From NCBI GenBank assembly GCA_023379025.1, contig JAMCTH010000009.1, positions 69,092 to 133,091 on the forward strand: 64,000 nucleotides of DNA, read 5' to 3'. Within the stretch, counting starts at the first letter, position 1, and every line of letters starts with the position of its first letter. Source of the stretch: Patescibacteria group bacterium. GTDB lineage: Bacteria; Patescibacteriota; Microgenomatia; UBA10105; UBA927. This document shows positions 21,916 through 31,470 of this stretch, in pieces. The notes under the pieces are model-generated. The model was not told the DNA's origin. It worked only from the letters and a program-made list of their open reading frames with translations, and ran no database searches. A program made the translations under genes and the position numbers.

Positions 21916-22727
21916 AACTCTCCCTTTTTCATAGTTCCCGCGACTTCCTTATGCAGGAGACGAAAAAACGCCCTCGTGGCCTGCCGTTCAAGCCACGGCG
22001 TATGGCCCGAGTGCTTCAGGAGGAGAAAGCGGAAATCAGGGAGCGTACGGGATAAGGGTTTTTCCACACCCCGAACCGGATGGGGATCCCAATCCCCATG
22101 GATAGCTACGACCGGACACGTAAGGGTTTTGGCGGCTTTGAGGAGTGCGCCGCTTTCCCGGAGCCGGTCCGCTTCCGGCCAGACCGATGCATACACCCGG
22201 GGATCAGCAGGCAGGTCCCCGGCATGCGGATCCGGAAGCGCGTCATACCTGTCCGCGAGATCCATATATCTGCCGAATTCGGAAAAATCCGACTTCCCCG
22301 CTTTGCCGTTTTGCAGTTTGCGGGATAGCTTTTCCGCTGATTTTCTTTGAGCGGGGGATAACCGTTTCAGCCTCGTCGCCATAATGCCCTTGGCATACTG
22401 CGCTTCAAACGGGCCGCTTGAGACGAGGATAAGTTTGGCAACCTCCCTGGGATACCGCGCGGCGTAATAAACCCCGAGCCATGCGCCCCAGGACCACCCG
22501 ATGAGCGCAACCGGAAATGCGGCGTGGGCGGTCAGCACCCCGTGAAGCTCCTCAATCTGTCCGTCCACGGAATACGCCGTTCCGAATGGTTCGATAACGC
22601 CGTAGGTTTTCCCAAGCTCGAAAGCCACGGGCTGCATACCTCCAGGTGCACCCGGACCGCCATGAAGCACTGCCACACGGTACGGCGGCAGACCATATAA
22701 CCGAAATGCATCACTACTACTCTCCAC
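21903..22727 (-). CDS. Alpha/beta hydrolase
   Basis: LHGGPG, GWSWG nucleophile elbow, HGDWD, GHTPW; GTG start inferred. Confidence 0.88.
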   Translation of the reverse strand: MESSSDAFRLYGLPPYRVAVLHGGPGAPGGMQPVAFELGKTYGVIEPFGTAYSVDGQIEELHGVLTAHAAFPVALIGWSWGAWLGVYYAARYPREVAKLILVSSGPFEAQYAKGIMATRLKRLSPAQRKSAEKLSRKLQNGKAGKSDFSEFGRYMDLADRYDALPDPHAGDLPADPRVYASVWPEADRLRESGALLKAAKTLTCPVVAIHGDWDPHPVRGVEKPLSRTLPDFRFLLLKHSGHTPWLERQATRAFFRLLHKEVAGTMKKGELWKP

Positions 22728-22806
22728 TCCCTTAAGGATACCAGAATGCAAAGATGAAAAAATACTTACTGTTCTACAATCTCCCATCCATGGTATAGTA
22801 GAGACT

Positions 22807-23295
22807 ATGCCAGACGCCGCCGCACCATCCAACACCTGCCCCAAATGCGGCAGTCCCCTGGGAGACATAACGGCCACGCCGACCGGAAGAAAACTAAGGC
22901 GCTGCAGCGCCGGACGCTGGAATCCCGAAACCCGCAAGGTCGAGGGGTGCGACTATGTCCTTTGGCTCGCCGTCGAACCCGAAACGCTCGGCGAACCCTG
23001 TCCCAAATGCGGCGCGCCGCTCGTTTTGGCCGTTACCCGCTTCGGGAAAAAGATGAAGAAGTGTTCAACCAACAGCTGGGACAGTGCCGCCAAAAAAGCC
23101 ACCGGGTGCGATTATGTTGCGTGGATAAACGGTACGACCGAACCGCTTGAAGAAAACTGCCCGGAATGCGGGGCCAAACTGGTCCTCTATACGACTGCGG
23201 CCGGCAAACGCATGAAAAAATGCTCGACCGCCGGATGGGACAAGGCAAAAAAAGAAGCCACCGGCTGCACCTACGTTGAGTGGCTCCGGGCGTAA
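22807..23295 (+). CDS. Stand-alone topoisomerase-type C4 zinc-ribbon repeat protein
   Basis: Three repeats of CPxCG..L...G..CS...W...GC.YV.W. Confidence 0.8.
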   Translation: MPDAAAPSNTCPKCGSPLGDITATPTGRKLRRCSAGRWNPETRKVEGCDYVLWLAVEPETLGEPCPKCGAPLVLAVTRFGKKMKKCSTNSWDSAAKKATGCDYVAWINGTTEPLEENCPECGAKLVLYTTAAGKRMKKCSTAGWDKAKKEATGCTYVEWLRA

Positions 23296-23300
23296 GCGCT

Positions 23301-23960
23301 ATGACCGTTTCGGATGCGTACGCGCGCTATCGTATCCCCTCGAACCTTCAGGACCATCAGCTCCGTGTTGCGGCCCTCGCCGCAATCATCGCCGGAAACT
23401 GGACCGGCCCCGCCATAGACCAGCCGTCGCTCGTTACCGCATGCCTTCTCCATGATATGGCCAATATCATCAAATTCGATTTCACCAATTCCCTCATGGA
23501 TCCTGCCGAACACGGCCGTCTCGGTTACTGGAAAACGGTGCAGCATGAGACAGTAGAGCGTTACGGCAACGATGTCCACGCAGGAACGCTTACTATCTGC
23601 CGGGAACTCGGCGCACCGGATGCCGTCTGCCGCATCGTTTCTGCCATAGAATGGAACGACACGGAAAAAGTACTGGACGGAGGGGAGTACGAAACAGCCA
23701 TCGGTATCTATAGCGATATGAGGGTGGGCCCGCACGGCATCCTGTCCCTTGCAGACCGGCTTAGCGACCTCCGGACACGGAACACAAAGCACGACCCCGC
23801 CTGGCTCATCCCTGCCCAGGCACGTCTTGAACAAACTATCCGGGGATCTGTTTCCCGGGATCCGGGATCTGTCACGGACCAAGATCTTGAAGCACGGTTT
23901 TCTTCCCTCCTCACGCGCTCCGTCTCCGGTGCCGGAGCGGTTTGCCTCCGGTCTTCCTGA
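23301..23960 (+). CDS. HD-domain protein
   Basis: HQLRVA...LLHDMAN...YSDMR. Confidence 0.8.
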   Translation: MTVSDAYARYRIPSNLQDHQLRVAALAAIIAGNWTGPAIDQPSLVTACLLHDMANIIKFDFTNSLMDPAEHGRLGYWKTVQHETVERYGNDVHAGTLTICRELGAPDAVCRIVSAIEWNDTEKVLDGGEYETAIGIYSDMRVGPHGILSLADRLSDLRTRNTKHDPAWLIPAQARLEQTIRGSVSRDPGSVTDQDLEARFSSLLTRSVSGAGAVCLRSS

Positions 23961-24212
23961 TTCCCACGAGAACGGGAAGCAGAAACACCAGAAGATAGGA
24001 GAGGTACACGTCTGCCTTGTAGTACCCGGCCGCGCTTGTTCCCCAATGTAGGCACCGGTAAACTCGCCGTCCACCCGTAGGACAAACACGTTTCCGAAGT
24101 TCCGCCAACCCGAAGCATCGATCCACCCGACATGAGGAACCATATGGAGCTCATGGACAAGGACGGCAATTTCCTCTTCCCGAAGTCTCCTCTTTTCAAA
24201 CTCCACCTTCAT
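23911..24212 (-). pseudogene. Truncated gene remnant (GNAT-like N-terminus joined to an unrelated hydrophobic C-terminal fragment)
   Basis: MKVEFEKRRL...VDGEFTGA then loses coherence; another frame gives YLSYLLVFLLPVLVG; located at the island edge. Confidence 0.35.
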
Positions 24213-24236
24213 GCAAGAAGTATATACCACGCAGTT

Positions 24237-24788
24237 TTAAAAAATTCCTTCCAGACAAAAAATATTTAGCTTCTCTGCTTTTTGTGCCTTCTCACAAAGC
24301 GGACGCAAATCACAGTGTCGGCAGAGTGAATCATGAAGATCGTCTTTATGGACACCCAGTGTTCCCCGTTTCTGGTGAAGATCAAATAAAAGTTTCAAAT
24401 ATTTTCCTTCTGCTATCCTTGGAATCTCATCTCTGCGTTCATATCCGTACCATTCGTACAGCCGTTTATCGCCCTTACTCAAATTGCAATGTTTGCATAC
24501 CCGTATGGCGTTTTCCGGCGTATCTGGGCCATTGTGTTTTTTTGGAAGTATATGCTCTGTGGTTAGTTCGATTTGCTTTTCGCAATAGATACACTCATCC
24601 AAATGTTCCCGCTCCTTTTCCCATTCACGGAGTGTTGTAGACCATTCTATCTCGCCATCCCGCAATGCGAGAAACCGGTTCATCTGAAATCCTCGCCCCT
24701 GATTCCCGATGCAGGCGGATTTGGATATCAGCTTAGCATACTGCCAATAAATCGTATCCCGAATCGTTTGTGCGATAGGCGGAGGCAT
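24237..24788 (-). CDS. HNH endonuclease
   Basis: CIYC...EHILP...N...CKHCN.SKG; extra C-terminal Cys cluster. Confidence 0.88.
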   Translation of the reverse strand: MPPPIAQTIRDTIYWQYAKLISKSACIGNQGRGFQMNRFLALRDGEIEWSTTLREWEKEREHLDECIYCEKQIELTTEHILPKKHNGPDTPENAIRVCKHCNLSKGDKRLYEWYGYERRDEIPRIAEGKYLKLLFDLHQKRGTLGVHKDDLHDSLCRHCDLRPLCEKAQKAEKLNIFCLEGIF

Positions 24789-24794
24789 AAGTAA

Positions 24795-25025
24795 CTAAAT
24801 TTTCCCTTGTTTCCTTCTATTTTTATGAATACGAACATGCTTGCCTATACTGATGACTCGTACATTTCGTTTTGTAGTTTTCCCACCTAGCGCTACTGGT
24901 TTAACATGGTGCGCTATGTTCCCCTTAGGCGCTCTTCCTTTCGGATAACCCTTTGCCTTCAAAACTCTTTTAAGTTTACCGGGGTTCCGCCCCTTCCTTA
25001 TCTGAGTCTTAGTTGGTTTTCTCAT
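24795..25025 (-). CDS. Minimal, very basic HNH-motif protein
   Basis: 76 aa, HHVKPVALGG...N...H...H; overlaps the hsdS end. Confidence 0.7.
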   Translation of the reverse strand: MRKPTKTQIRKGRNPGKLKRVLKAKGYPKGRAPKGNIAHHVKPVALGGKTTKRNVRVISIGKHVRIHKNRRKQGKI

Positions 25026-26391
25026 TTTCCTGGCCTCCCTTCTCTATCATCTCTTCAACTTTGCGTTTTGCTTCCTCCAATAATTCCTTCGATTTCTTCC
25101 GTGCCTCGTGCGACTGACGTACCAAGTCTGCAATTTTTTGTTGAGTGGATTCCGCCAAAACGGGAATAAGCATATTATCAATTGATTCTTGCGGGACTGC
25201 GGTCAAAATAGTTCCTGCGCATCGTTTTTTTAATTGCTTTTGCATTATCAAACTTCTGGCCATCACCAATAATACCTCCGGTAATACTTCATCACTTCGA
25301 AATTGAAAAAATCCTGTCGATGCAATATATCCATCTTGTTCTTCGTCGATAAGTGCGACTTTTTCTAACGATCCTTCGACGCTGGAAACGATAACATCAC
25401 CGGCTTTCAATAATCGTTTCGCTCTGCCCGGCGCCTCCTTACCCGATACTTCCTCATATCCATCAACAACGCCAATTGATGCATTTATGTTTGCAAGCTC
25501 GACGTACTTAAATGTCTCATCCGGTTTCTCGCCTGGTTTAAAATTTGCAGGTACGTCAAAAATAGTTTTCTTTAATGTTTTCGCTCCCCGCTTTTTTAAT
25601 TCTGACTCTAATACTTCATATTTCGGTTGAAAATAATCCGCATCTATCCTATTCGTTTTTGTAGAATCAGAAAAATTAATGACGTAACTCAAGTCATCGG
25701 AAAATTGTAAATTTTTTAACTCTAGCTCATCCAACAGCAAATTTTCTGCATCTGCATAGCTTTTTTTTGAGACATCAGTCATTCTAAGTGATTCTTTATA
25801 TAACGACTCAACCTCTTTGACTTCATTCTCTAAAAACGTAGGGATCAATATTGTTTTTGTTTGCCAAAGAAAAATATGTTGTTGAACGCTTCCTACTGGC
25901 AATCGTAACACCTGTTTTTTCCCATACTTCGAATTTAGAAACATAGCAATCATTAGGGCCGAATAGTTTGGTTTTAACGAAATCTTCACAATGTCTTGAT
26001 TGGAATTTAGCTTTTGCGGAATATTGAGAGCCATTGCGGCATTTCCAACAGATCCAGACATTGCCAATAAAACCTGTCCCTCATAAACGCGGGATTTCTT
26101 TAATATTTCATCAGATCTATTATCAATAAATTTAACGTCGTTATAATCTATATAACCTTCCTTAATATTATTGGCTTCAATAAATGGAATCCCATCTTCG
26201 ACCCATTCAATGTAATTTGTTAAGTCGTATGCACCAAAACTAATTAAGCTTTCAGATATATCCTCAAGTGTTTGATGGGGTATAGATTGGAGTTTTTTTG
26301 CTATCTCTAAATATTCCGGCTGGTAATATTCAGAGTCTATCCGTTGCGCCCCTTCAAGTTGAGATTTTTTAATAATTGAATATGTGGTCAT
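25009..26391 (-). CDS. hsdS: Restriction-modification specificity subunit (two TRDs)
   Basis: Internal repeat RIDSEYYQPEY / RIDADYFQPKY, each half ending in a coiled-coil helix. Confidence 0.88.
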   Translation of the reverse strand: MTTYSIIKKSQLEGAQRIDSEYYQPEYLEIAKKLQSIPHQTLEDISESLISFGAYDLTNYIEWVEDGIPFIEANNIKEGYIDYNDVKFIDNRSDEILKKSRVYEGQVLLAMSGSVGNAAMALNIPQKLNSNQDIVKISLKPNYSALMIAMFLNSKYGKKQVLRLPVGSVQQHIFLWQTKTILIPTFLENEVKEVESLYKESLRMTDVSKKSYADAENLLLDELELKNLQFSDDLSYVINFSDSTKTNRIDADYFQPKYEVLESELKKRGAKTLKKTIFDVPANFKPGEKPDETFKYVELANINASIGVVDGYEEVSGKEAPGRAKRLLKAGDVIVSSVEGSLEKVALIDEEQDGYIASTGFFQFRSDEVLPEVLLVMARSLIMQKQLKKRCAGTILTAVPQESIDNMLIPVLAESTQQKIADLVRQSHEARKKSKELLEEAKRKVEEMIEKGGQENEKTN

Positions 26392-26969
26392 AACGTCTTA
26401 TTCGGAAAGTTGAGAAATTCGATATATGAAAGAAATGCCTTTCCCTTATCGGTAATTAAATAGTGATCATTCCTCGAATGGATTAACCCTGCATCAAAAA
26501 GGAATTTTAAATAGAAATCGAAAGTCCAATTTTTTAATAGAGGAAATATATTTTGAGTGAAAACAAAAAATAATATTGTATCTTTTGATTGTTCGCCGTT
26601 TCTAGTCTCTTGCGCTCTTAATCTCTTTAGCAATTCTATTTGGCTTCCAAAAATAAACCGATAGATTCTTTCAAAATCTAAATATATTTGTGTGTAGCTT
26701 AAATCTTTTTTAATTTTTTCTATCTCTGATGTTTTAGGATTATTTTCTGCTAATTTCTCATACTGCGGAGGGGGTGATAAATTCACTCTAGTTCCGCCCG
26801 GTAAATCTGCGCTTTGAATCCGATTCAATAAATTTTTAATCTCTTGGTTAAATTTTATAATTAAAAATATAACTATAGAAGGCCAAATCAATACCTTTAC
26901 ATATTCAAGGATCAAAACCCAATCTATTCGCGAAACTGACCGTATGGTAGTTGACGTTGTTGCTATCAT
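26388..26969 (-). CDS. Hypothetical protein, N-terminal TM plus C-terminal winged-helix-like region
   Basis: VLIWPSIVIFLII TM; YLKFLFDAGLI...YLITDKGKAFL; AT-rich; between MTase and hsdS. Confidence 0.75.
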   Translation of the reverse strand: MIATTSTTIRSVSRIDWVLILEYVKVLIWPSIVIFLIIKFNQEIKNLLNRIQSADLPGGTRVNLSPPPQYEKLAENNPKTSEIEKIKKDLSYTQIYLDFERIYRFIFGSQIELLKRLRAQETRNGEQSKDTILFFVFTQNIFPLLKNWTFDFYLKFLFDAGLIHSRNDHYLITDKGKAFLSYIEFLNFPNKTL

Positions 26970-26971
26970 CT

Positions 26972-28912
26972 CTACCTCCGAAAACTAAATTTCTGCTCTT
27001 TCGCAAATTCGATAAATTTATCTGCTATCTCATCCAAATCGTGGTCGAGGACTTTGCGACCGCGGGAATCGTACACATAGTTTCCCGAGGAATCTTTTTT
27101 ATAGACGTATTCGCCGGAGTTATCTTTGCCGCCGCGCTTGGAGACCGCCATAAAAATGGGATAATCGGCAAGCGGCTCACTCTCCCATTTTTGCAAAAAC
27201 AATACTGATGTCTTGGTTCCCGTGTGCGGTTTAAACGTATTTCCGTGCAGCCCGACGACGGCGAGAATACGCGCCTTGTCAAACAGCCACTGCCGGATAT
27301 ATTCCATATTGGTATTGTTAAATACTCCCTGCGGCAACACAATGGCGATTCTGCCGCCGGGTTTAACGAATTCAAGCACCCGCTCGATAAAGAGAACGTG
27401 CCGCTCTACCGTATTCACCAGCTTTCCGTTTTTCTTTCCGAACTCGTACTGACGGAGTAACCCAGGATCTTTGAGCTCACCCGCAAACGGCGGATTCGTA
27501 AGCACGAGGTCAAACGAAAAATTTTTAAACGTCTTTTCATTTTCTTCCTGCTCGCCGTAATCCTGACATTTCAAAAGCCGTTGACGTAGCTCCCGCCGCG
27601 CCTGCAATTTTTCGTCGTCTTCCCCCTGCCATTCGCGCGGATCAAGCGAGTTGAGCTTAAACAAATGCGACCGTCCATCACCTGCTATTAGCATAAGAGC
27701 GCGTGAAACTTTCGCCGTTTCATCGGCAAAATCAATGCCGTACAAATATTGTTTTGAATATTCCTGTTTCGCGTGTTCAGTCGATAAATACTGTTCTTTC
27801 ACCCAATTCATTGCACCAATAAGGAATCCTCCGGAGCCGGCCGCGGGATCCAACACATACTCGCCCGATTTCGGATTGAGCATTTTGACTGCCATCGCGA
27901 TGACATGGCGCGGGGTAAAATATTGCCCCTTCTTCCCCTTGGCCACTTCCGGAATCAGATATTCAAACGCTTCGTCGATGATAGATAAATCAGCGCCGAA
28001 AAGCCTAGCGGTTTCCATTTCTCCCACAACCACGGACAAATGCTCGGGAGACAATCGGATGAGTTCCTGTTCATAAAACGTCCCGGGCCATTTATATATT
28101 GCCTTTCGGAATAAATCGTTGATCGCCGTATACGTTTTTGCGGGATCTTTATATTTACGGAAATAGATTTCATTATCCGGCCGGCTTTCTGCTTCCATTT
28201 CGTCGTACAGCTTTGCGTAAATGAGTTTGAATACCTCGTTAAATACATCAACGCCGGCATTGGCGAGCACCAATTCCTCCATGATCTCTATCGCCCGCTT
28301 CAAATCAAATTTTGGATTGGTATCGCCAAGTGTCTTTTTTTCGCTCAATAAATCATCAATGGTTTTGTTGGCAGATGGAATATCCGGAAGCGTATCTTCA
28401 AATTGATTCGGATAATTCCGATACAAGATCACGCGGTCAATCCCATTTGACCATACGCCGATTTCGCATCCTTCCGCGTTTAAATAACTCTTGAGTTGAT
28501 CAATACCTTTTTCCTCCGTTGGGCTTTTTACTTCGACAATGATATACGGCGTCACCTTGTCGGTTTTGTACACAACAATATCCGCCGCCTTTTTATGGAT
28601 TTCCCGCCCGAAATGAATGCTTTTTTCCGTCTCCAACCGGTCATATGGATACCCAAGAAGCGCATGAAGCTTGTGAAGCCACAACTGCCGCACAATTTCT
28701 TCCGGACGACCGAGTTTTTTCTGTTCGTCGTATACTACGCGTGGATTTCCCGTTTTGAGATCTTTGATAAAAAACTTTTTTTCTTCTTCCCAGATGTAGA
28801 GTACCGAGTTGATATCAATACCCTCAAATTCCTTTAACCCATAGACGATGGAGGCATCTTTAAAAATTCTGTCAATAATTTCTCCGGCTTTATTCGGTTT
28901 TATGGTTGGCAT
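26972..28912 (-). CDS. N6-adenine DNA methyltransferase with an N-terminal HsdR_N-type PD-(D/E)xK nuclease domain
   Basis: PEEIVRQ, ADIVVY...IVEVK; GQYFTPR; VLDPAAGSGGF (motif I); NPPF (motif IV). Confidence 0.92.
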   Translation of the reverse strand: MPTIKPNKAGEIIDRIFKDASIVYGLKEFEGIDINSVLYIWEEEKKFFIKDLKTGNPRVVYDEQKKLGRPEEIVRQLWLHKLHALLGYPYDRLETEKSIHFGREIHKKAADIVVYKTDKVTPYIIVEVKSPTEEKGIDQLKSYLNAEGCEIGVWSNGIDRVILYRNYPNQFEDTLPDIPSANKTIDDLLSEKKTLGDTNPKFDLKRAIEIMEELVLANAGVDVFNEVFKLIYAKLYDEMEAESRPDNEIYFRKYKDPAKTYTAINDLFRKAIYKWPGTFYEQELIRLSPEHLSVVVGEMETARLFGADLSIIDEAFEYLIPEVAKGKKGQYFTPRHVIAMAVKMLNPKSGEYVLDPAAGSGGFLIGAMNWVKEQYLSTEHAKQEYSKQYLYGIDFADETAKVSRALMLIAGDGRSHLFKLNSLDPREWQGEDDEKLQARRELRQRLLKCQDYGEQEENEKTFKNFSFDLVLTNPPFAGELKDPGLLRQYEFGKKNGKLVNTVERHVLFIERVLEFVKPGGRIAIVLPQGVFNNTNMEYIRQWLFDKARILAVVGLHGNTFKPHTGTKTSVLFLQKWESEPLADYPIFMAVSKRGGKDNSGEYVYKKDSSGNYVYDSRGRKVLDHDLDEIADKFIEFAKEQKFSFRR

Positions 28913-28913
28913 A

Positions 28914-29552
28914 TTAGCTTACAGTCCTCCACTGTCCGGCTTTCAGGATGGAAATGACTTTTCCCTTCATTTCGACCAAGCTGGTAAAAAATATTGGCGG
29001 ATAATTCGGATTTTCCGGCTTCAAATAATGATACGGAGGCTTATCTTGGGAAATAAATCGCTTGATCGTTGATTCCTCGCCGATCTGTGCATACACAATA
29101 TCACCGGAGGCGAATTCTTTTTGACTTTTCACCAACACGTTGTCGCCATCATTAATACCCGCATTGATCATCGAATCTCCAGAAATCTTCAGGAGAAAAA
29201 CTTCGGCATCTAGCTTCGAAATATCTTTTGAAACCGGCTTCCAGTCTCCGTCGATAACGATTGATTGAAGTGGTGCCCCTGCATGACTCACGCCTAAAAA
29301 AGGAACAAGCGGATCTCTGCCTAAGGCTTCATATCCGTATGGCAATATCGCAAGACTGCGCGCTGCGGATCCATTGCGCTTGATGATCCGTTTTTGTGCT
29401 AATTTCCCGAGAAGATCTATCACTGACTGATTCGAAGAAACGCCGAGGCGCTCCCGCATTTCTTCAAACGTCGGCGGGTACCCCGTATCTTTTATATAAT
29501 CGTAGAGGATAGACAACATTTCCAATTGACGCTTCGTTAACGGCAGATTCAT
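28914..29552 (-). CDS. lexA: LexA-family repressor
   Basis: LTKRQ...GYPPTFEEM wHTH; AG cleavage site (HAG); GDSM catalytic Ser; TIKR catalytic Lys. Confidence 0.9.
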   Translation of the reverse strand: MNLPLTKRQLEMLSILYDYIKDTGYPPTFEEMRERLGVSSNQSVIDLLGKLAQKRIIKRNGSAARSLAILPYGYEALGRDPLVPFLGVSHAGAPLQSIVIDGDWKPVSKDISKLDAEVFLLKISGDSMINAGINDGDNVLVKSQKEFASGDIVYAQIGEESTIKRFISQDKPPYHYLKPENPNYPPIFFTSLVEMKGKVISILKAGQWRTVS

Positions 29553-29561
29553 AATACTGCC

Positions 29562-29590
29562 ATACTACCCGACTAAATATTCTGGGTCAA
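29562..29590 (-). promoter_or_regulatory. lexA promoter TTGACC-17-TAGTAT overlapped by an imperfect palindrome
   Basis: Minus strand TTGACC CAGAATATTTAGTCGGG TAGTAT GGCAGTATT ATG; ACCCAGA...TCGGGT. Confidence 0.65.
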
Positions 29591-29700
29591 CTGGAAATCT
29601 ATATATCAAATAGCATCATTATCCATAAAACCCTGCGGGTATAAAAGCGCGATCAGAAATACCTAAATGTAAAGTGTCTCGGGCCGAAAGTTTATTCGAT

Positions 29701-31407
29701 TTATGACAATTTCCCCAAAAAATCGTTTATCTTTTGTTCTATTGCCGAACGACGGTATGCGAGAAATTCTTGAAAATTATCCATCTCCCAAAGCCGTTTA
29801 TCTGCCGGAATAAGTTGGGACGTAAGCGCTGTCTCACCGCGTTTTGGAATAATTTCATTTGTAAAGTAATCGATTGGCTCTCTGTCTAGTATGTGCCTGT
29901 TCGTTTTCCCTCCGATAAATGCAAGGTTAGCAATTTCGTTTATATCCTTGGAGTCAATGTTCCGTTTGGTTAGCTGGGCTTTAGGAAATATATGATGCCA
30001 TTGAATTTTATGCGTATCCCCTAGCGTTTTATCCGAAAGCTGCAGCCCAGTCAGCCAATCCTTTGCGCCATTTGCCTTTAGTACAAAATACAGCATGGTA
30101 AATATAGGACTAACTGTCGTCTTACCCGCAAGCTCGCCGGGTTCAAGTTCAAATCGCCGTACGTGCTCCTTGAGCTTGGCAATCAAATCATCGAGCGTAC
30201 CTCCACGAAACAATACTGCTAAATCCGCATCCAAAATAGATTCCGAAGATCCCATTCCATAGTGTCCGCGTATGTGAGCCAGGAAAAACCATCGCAACAG
30301 CTTCTTTTCCTCATCCATGCTCAATTGCTCATTGTGAAGGTACGCAAAAACGGCGATTGGAACGACAAGCATGGGTGACGATAAATATTCCAGATTGTCA
30401 ATTCCAGCGTTTTTCCGAAGGAAGTTCACGGCAAACCGCAGGCTGTTTTGAGCAATATCCCATGCTTCCGCCAACTTTTCTTTGGAATACCGACCAATGG
30501 TCTTGAATTTGCTTTGTTTTGTCGCAAACACGGTCATGAAGCGCACGAGTAACCAATCAAACACATAATCTGAATCGTCCCCAAATGTCTCAGCAAAGTC
30601 ATCCATGAGATTCATAAATCCGCGCCATTTGGCTGTGATTTGTGCTAATGCCAGATCAGAACCCCGTAGTTTCACCCCAAGTGAATTTACGCGGACAAAT
30701 ATCTCCGTTACCTCCTCATACGACATTTCGCTCTCGAGGAGTTGTATGTCATACATATATTTTTCAATATCTTTTACTTTCTGCAGCCGATCGGAGTAAC
30801 GGAGGTAGTTGGGGTCCTCAAACGAGGTGACGCCCGCGCGCTTGAGAATTTCCGCATGGTTTTTATTGAATATATCCGATACGGATACCCATGTGGGTAT
30901 GTTTTTCAGCGCCCGGGACGTAACTACAAACGTCCGTTTTTTCAGTTCCTCCTGGATATCCCGGTCATCACCGTCATTTTCCATTTGTTCGTCAATATCA
31001 GCGGTTTCCGCTTCTTCATCCACTTCCAGGACTTCTATTGGCGGCCCTTCCGGATGCTCAAGATTAAAAAGGATTTCAATGGGCCGTTTTCTGTTCCTCA
31101 CAATAATCGGTTGCCCGGTTAATATTGCGGCAAGCGAGGTGATTCTCTGTTGGCCGTCCAACAACAACCATCTGCTGAGCGGTAAATTCGGTTTCGTGGC
31201 ATCCACGGACAAGCCGTGCGTTACCACATTTTCGGACGTTTGCCACACTAAAATACTTCCGGAAGGATAATTGCGATACAGGGAATCAAGGAGGTCGCGG
31301 ACCCGAGTTGCAGTCCACACGTATTTGCGCTGCATCTCCGGAAGCTGTAGCTCATCGTTCTGAACTTTATTAACCAAATCCCGAACGGAAATATCGCTTT
31401 TCTGCAT
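29701..31407 (-). CDS. DUF262/DUF1524 GmrSD-like restriction endonuclease
   Basis: LPEMQRKYVW, LLDGQQR, FVRVNS.G..L; C-terminal HHIFPK...NEIANL. Confidence 0.88.
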   Translation of the reverse strand: MQKSDISVRDLVNKVQNDELQLPEMQRKYVWTATRVRDLLDSLYRNYPSGSILVWQTSENVVTHGLSVDATKPNLPLSRWLLLDGQQRITSLAAILTGQPIIVRNRKRPIEILFNLEHPEGPPIEVLEVDEEAETADIDEQMENDGDDRDIQEELKKRTFVVTSRALKNIPTWVSVSDIFNKNHAEILKRAGVTSFEDPNYLRYSDRLQKVKDIEKYMYDIQLLESEMSYEEVTEIFVRVNSLGVKLRGSDLALAQITAKWRGFMNLMDDFAETFGDDSDYVFDWLLVRFMTVFATKQSKFKTIGRYSKEKLAEAWDIAQNSLRFAVNFLRKNAGIDNLEYLSSPMLVVPIAVFAYLHNEQLSMDEEKKLLRWFFLAHIRGHYGMGSSESILDADLAVLFRGGTLDDLIAKLKEHVRRFELEPGELAGKTTVSPIFTMLYFVLKANGAKDWLTGLQLSDKTLGDTHKIQWHHIFPKAQLTKRNIDSKDINEIANLAFIGGKTNRHILDREPIDYFTNEIIPKRGETALTSQLIPADKRLWEMDNFQEFLAYRRSAIEQKINDFLGKLS

Positions 31408-31470
31408 ACTTCTGCCCTATTTTACACCCACCCCGCCCTTTTCGCGATGATAACAAATTTAAAAATCTCA

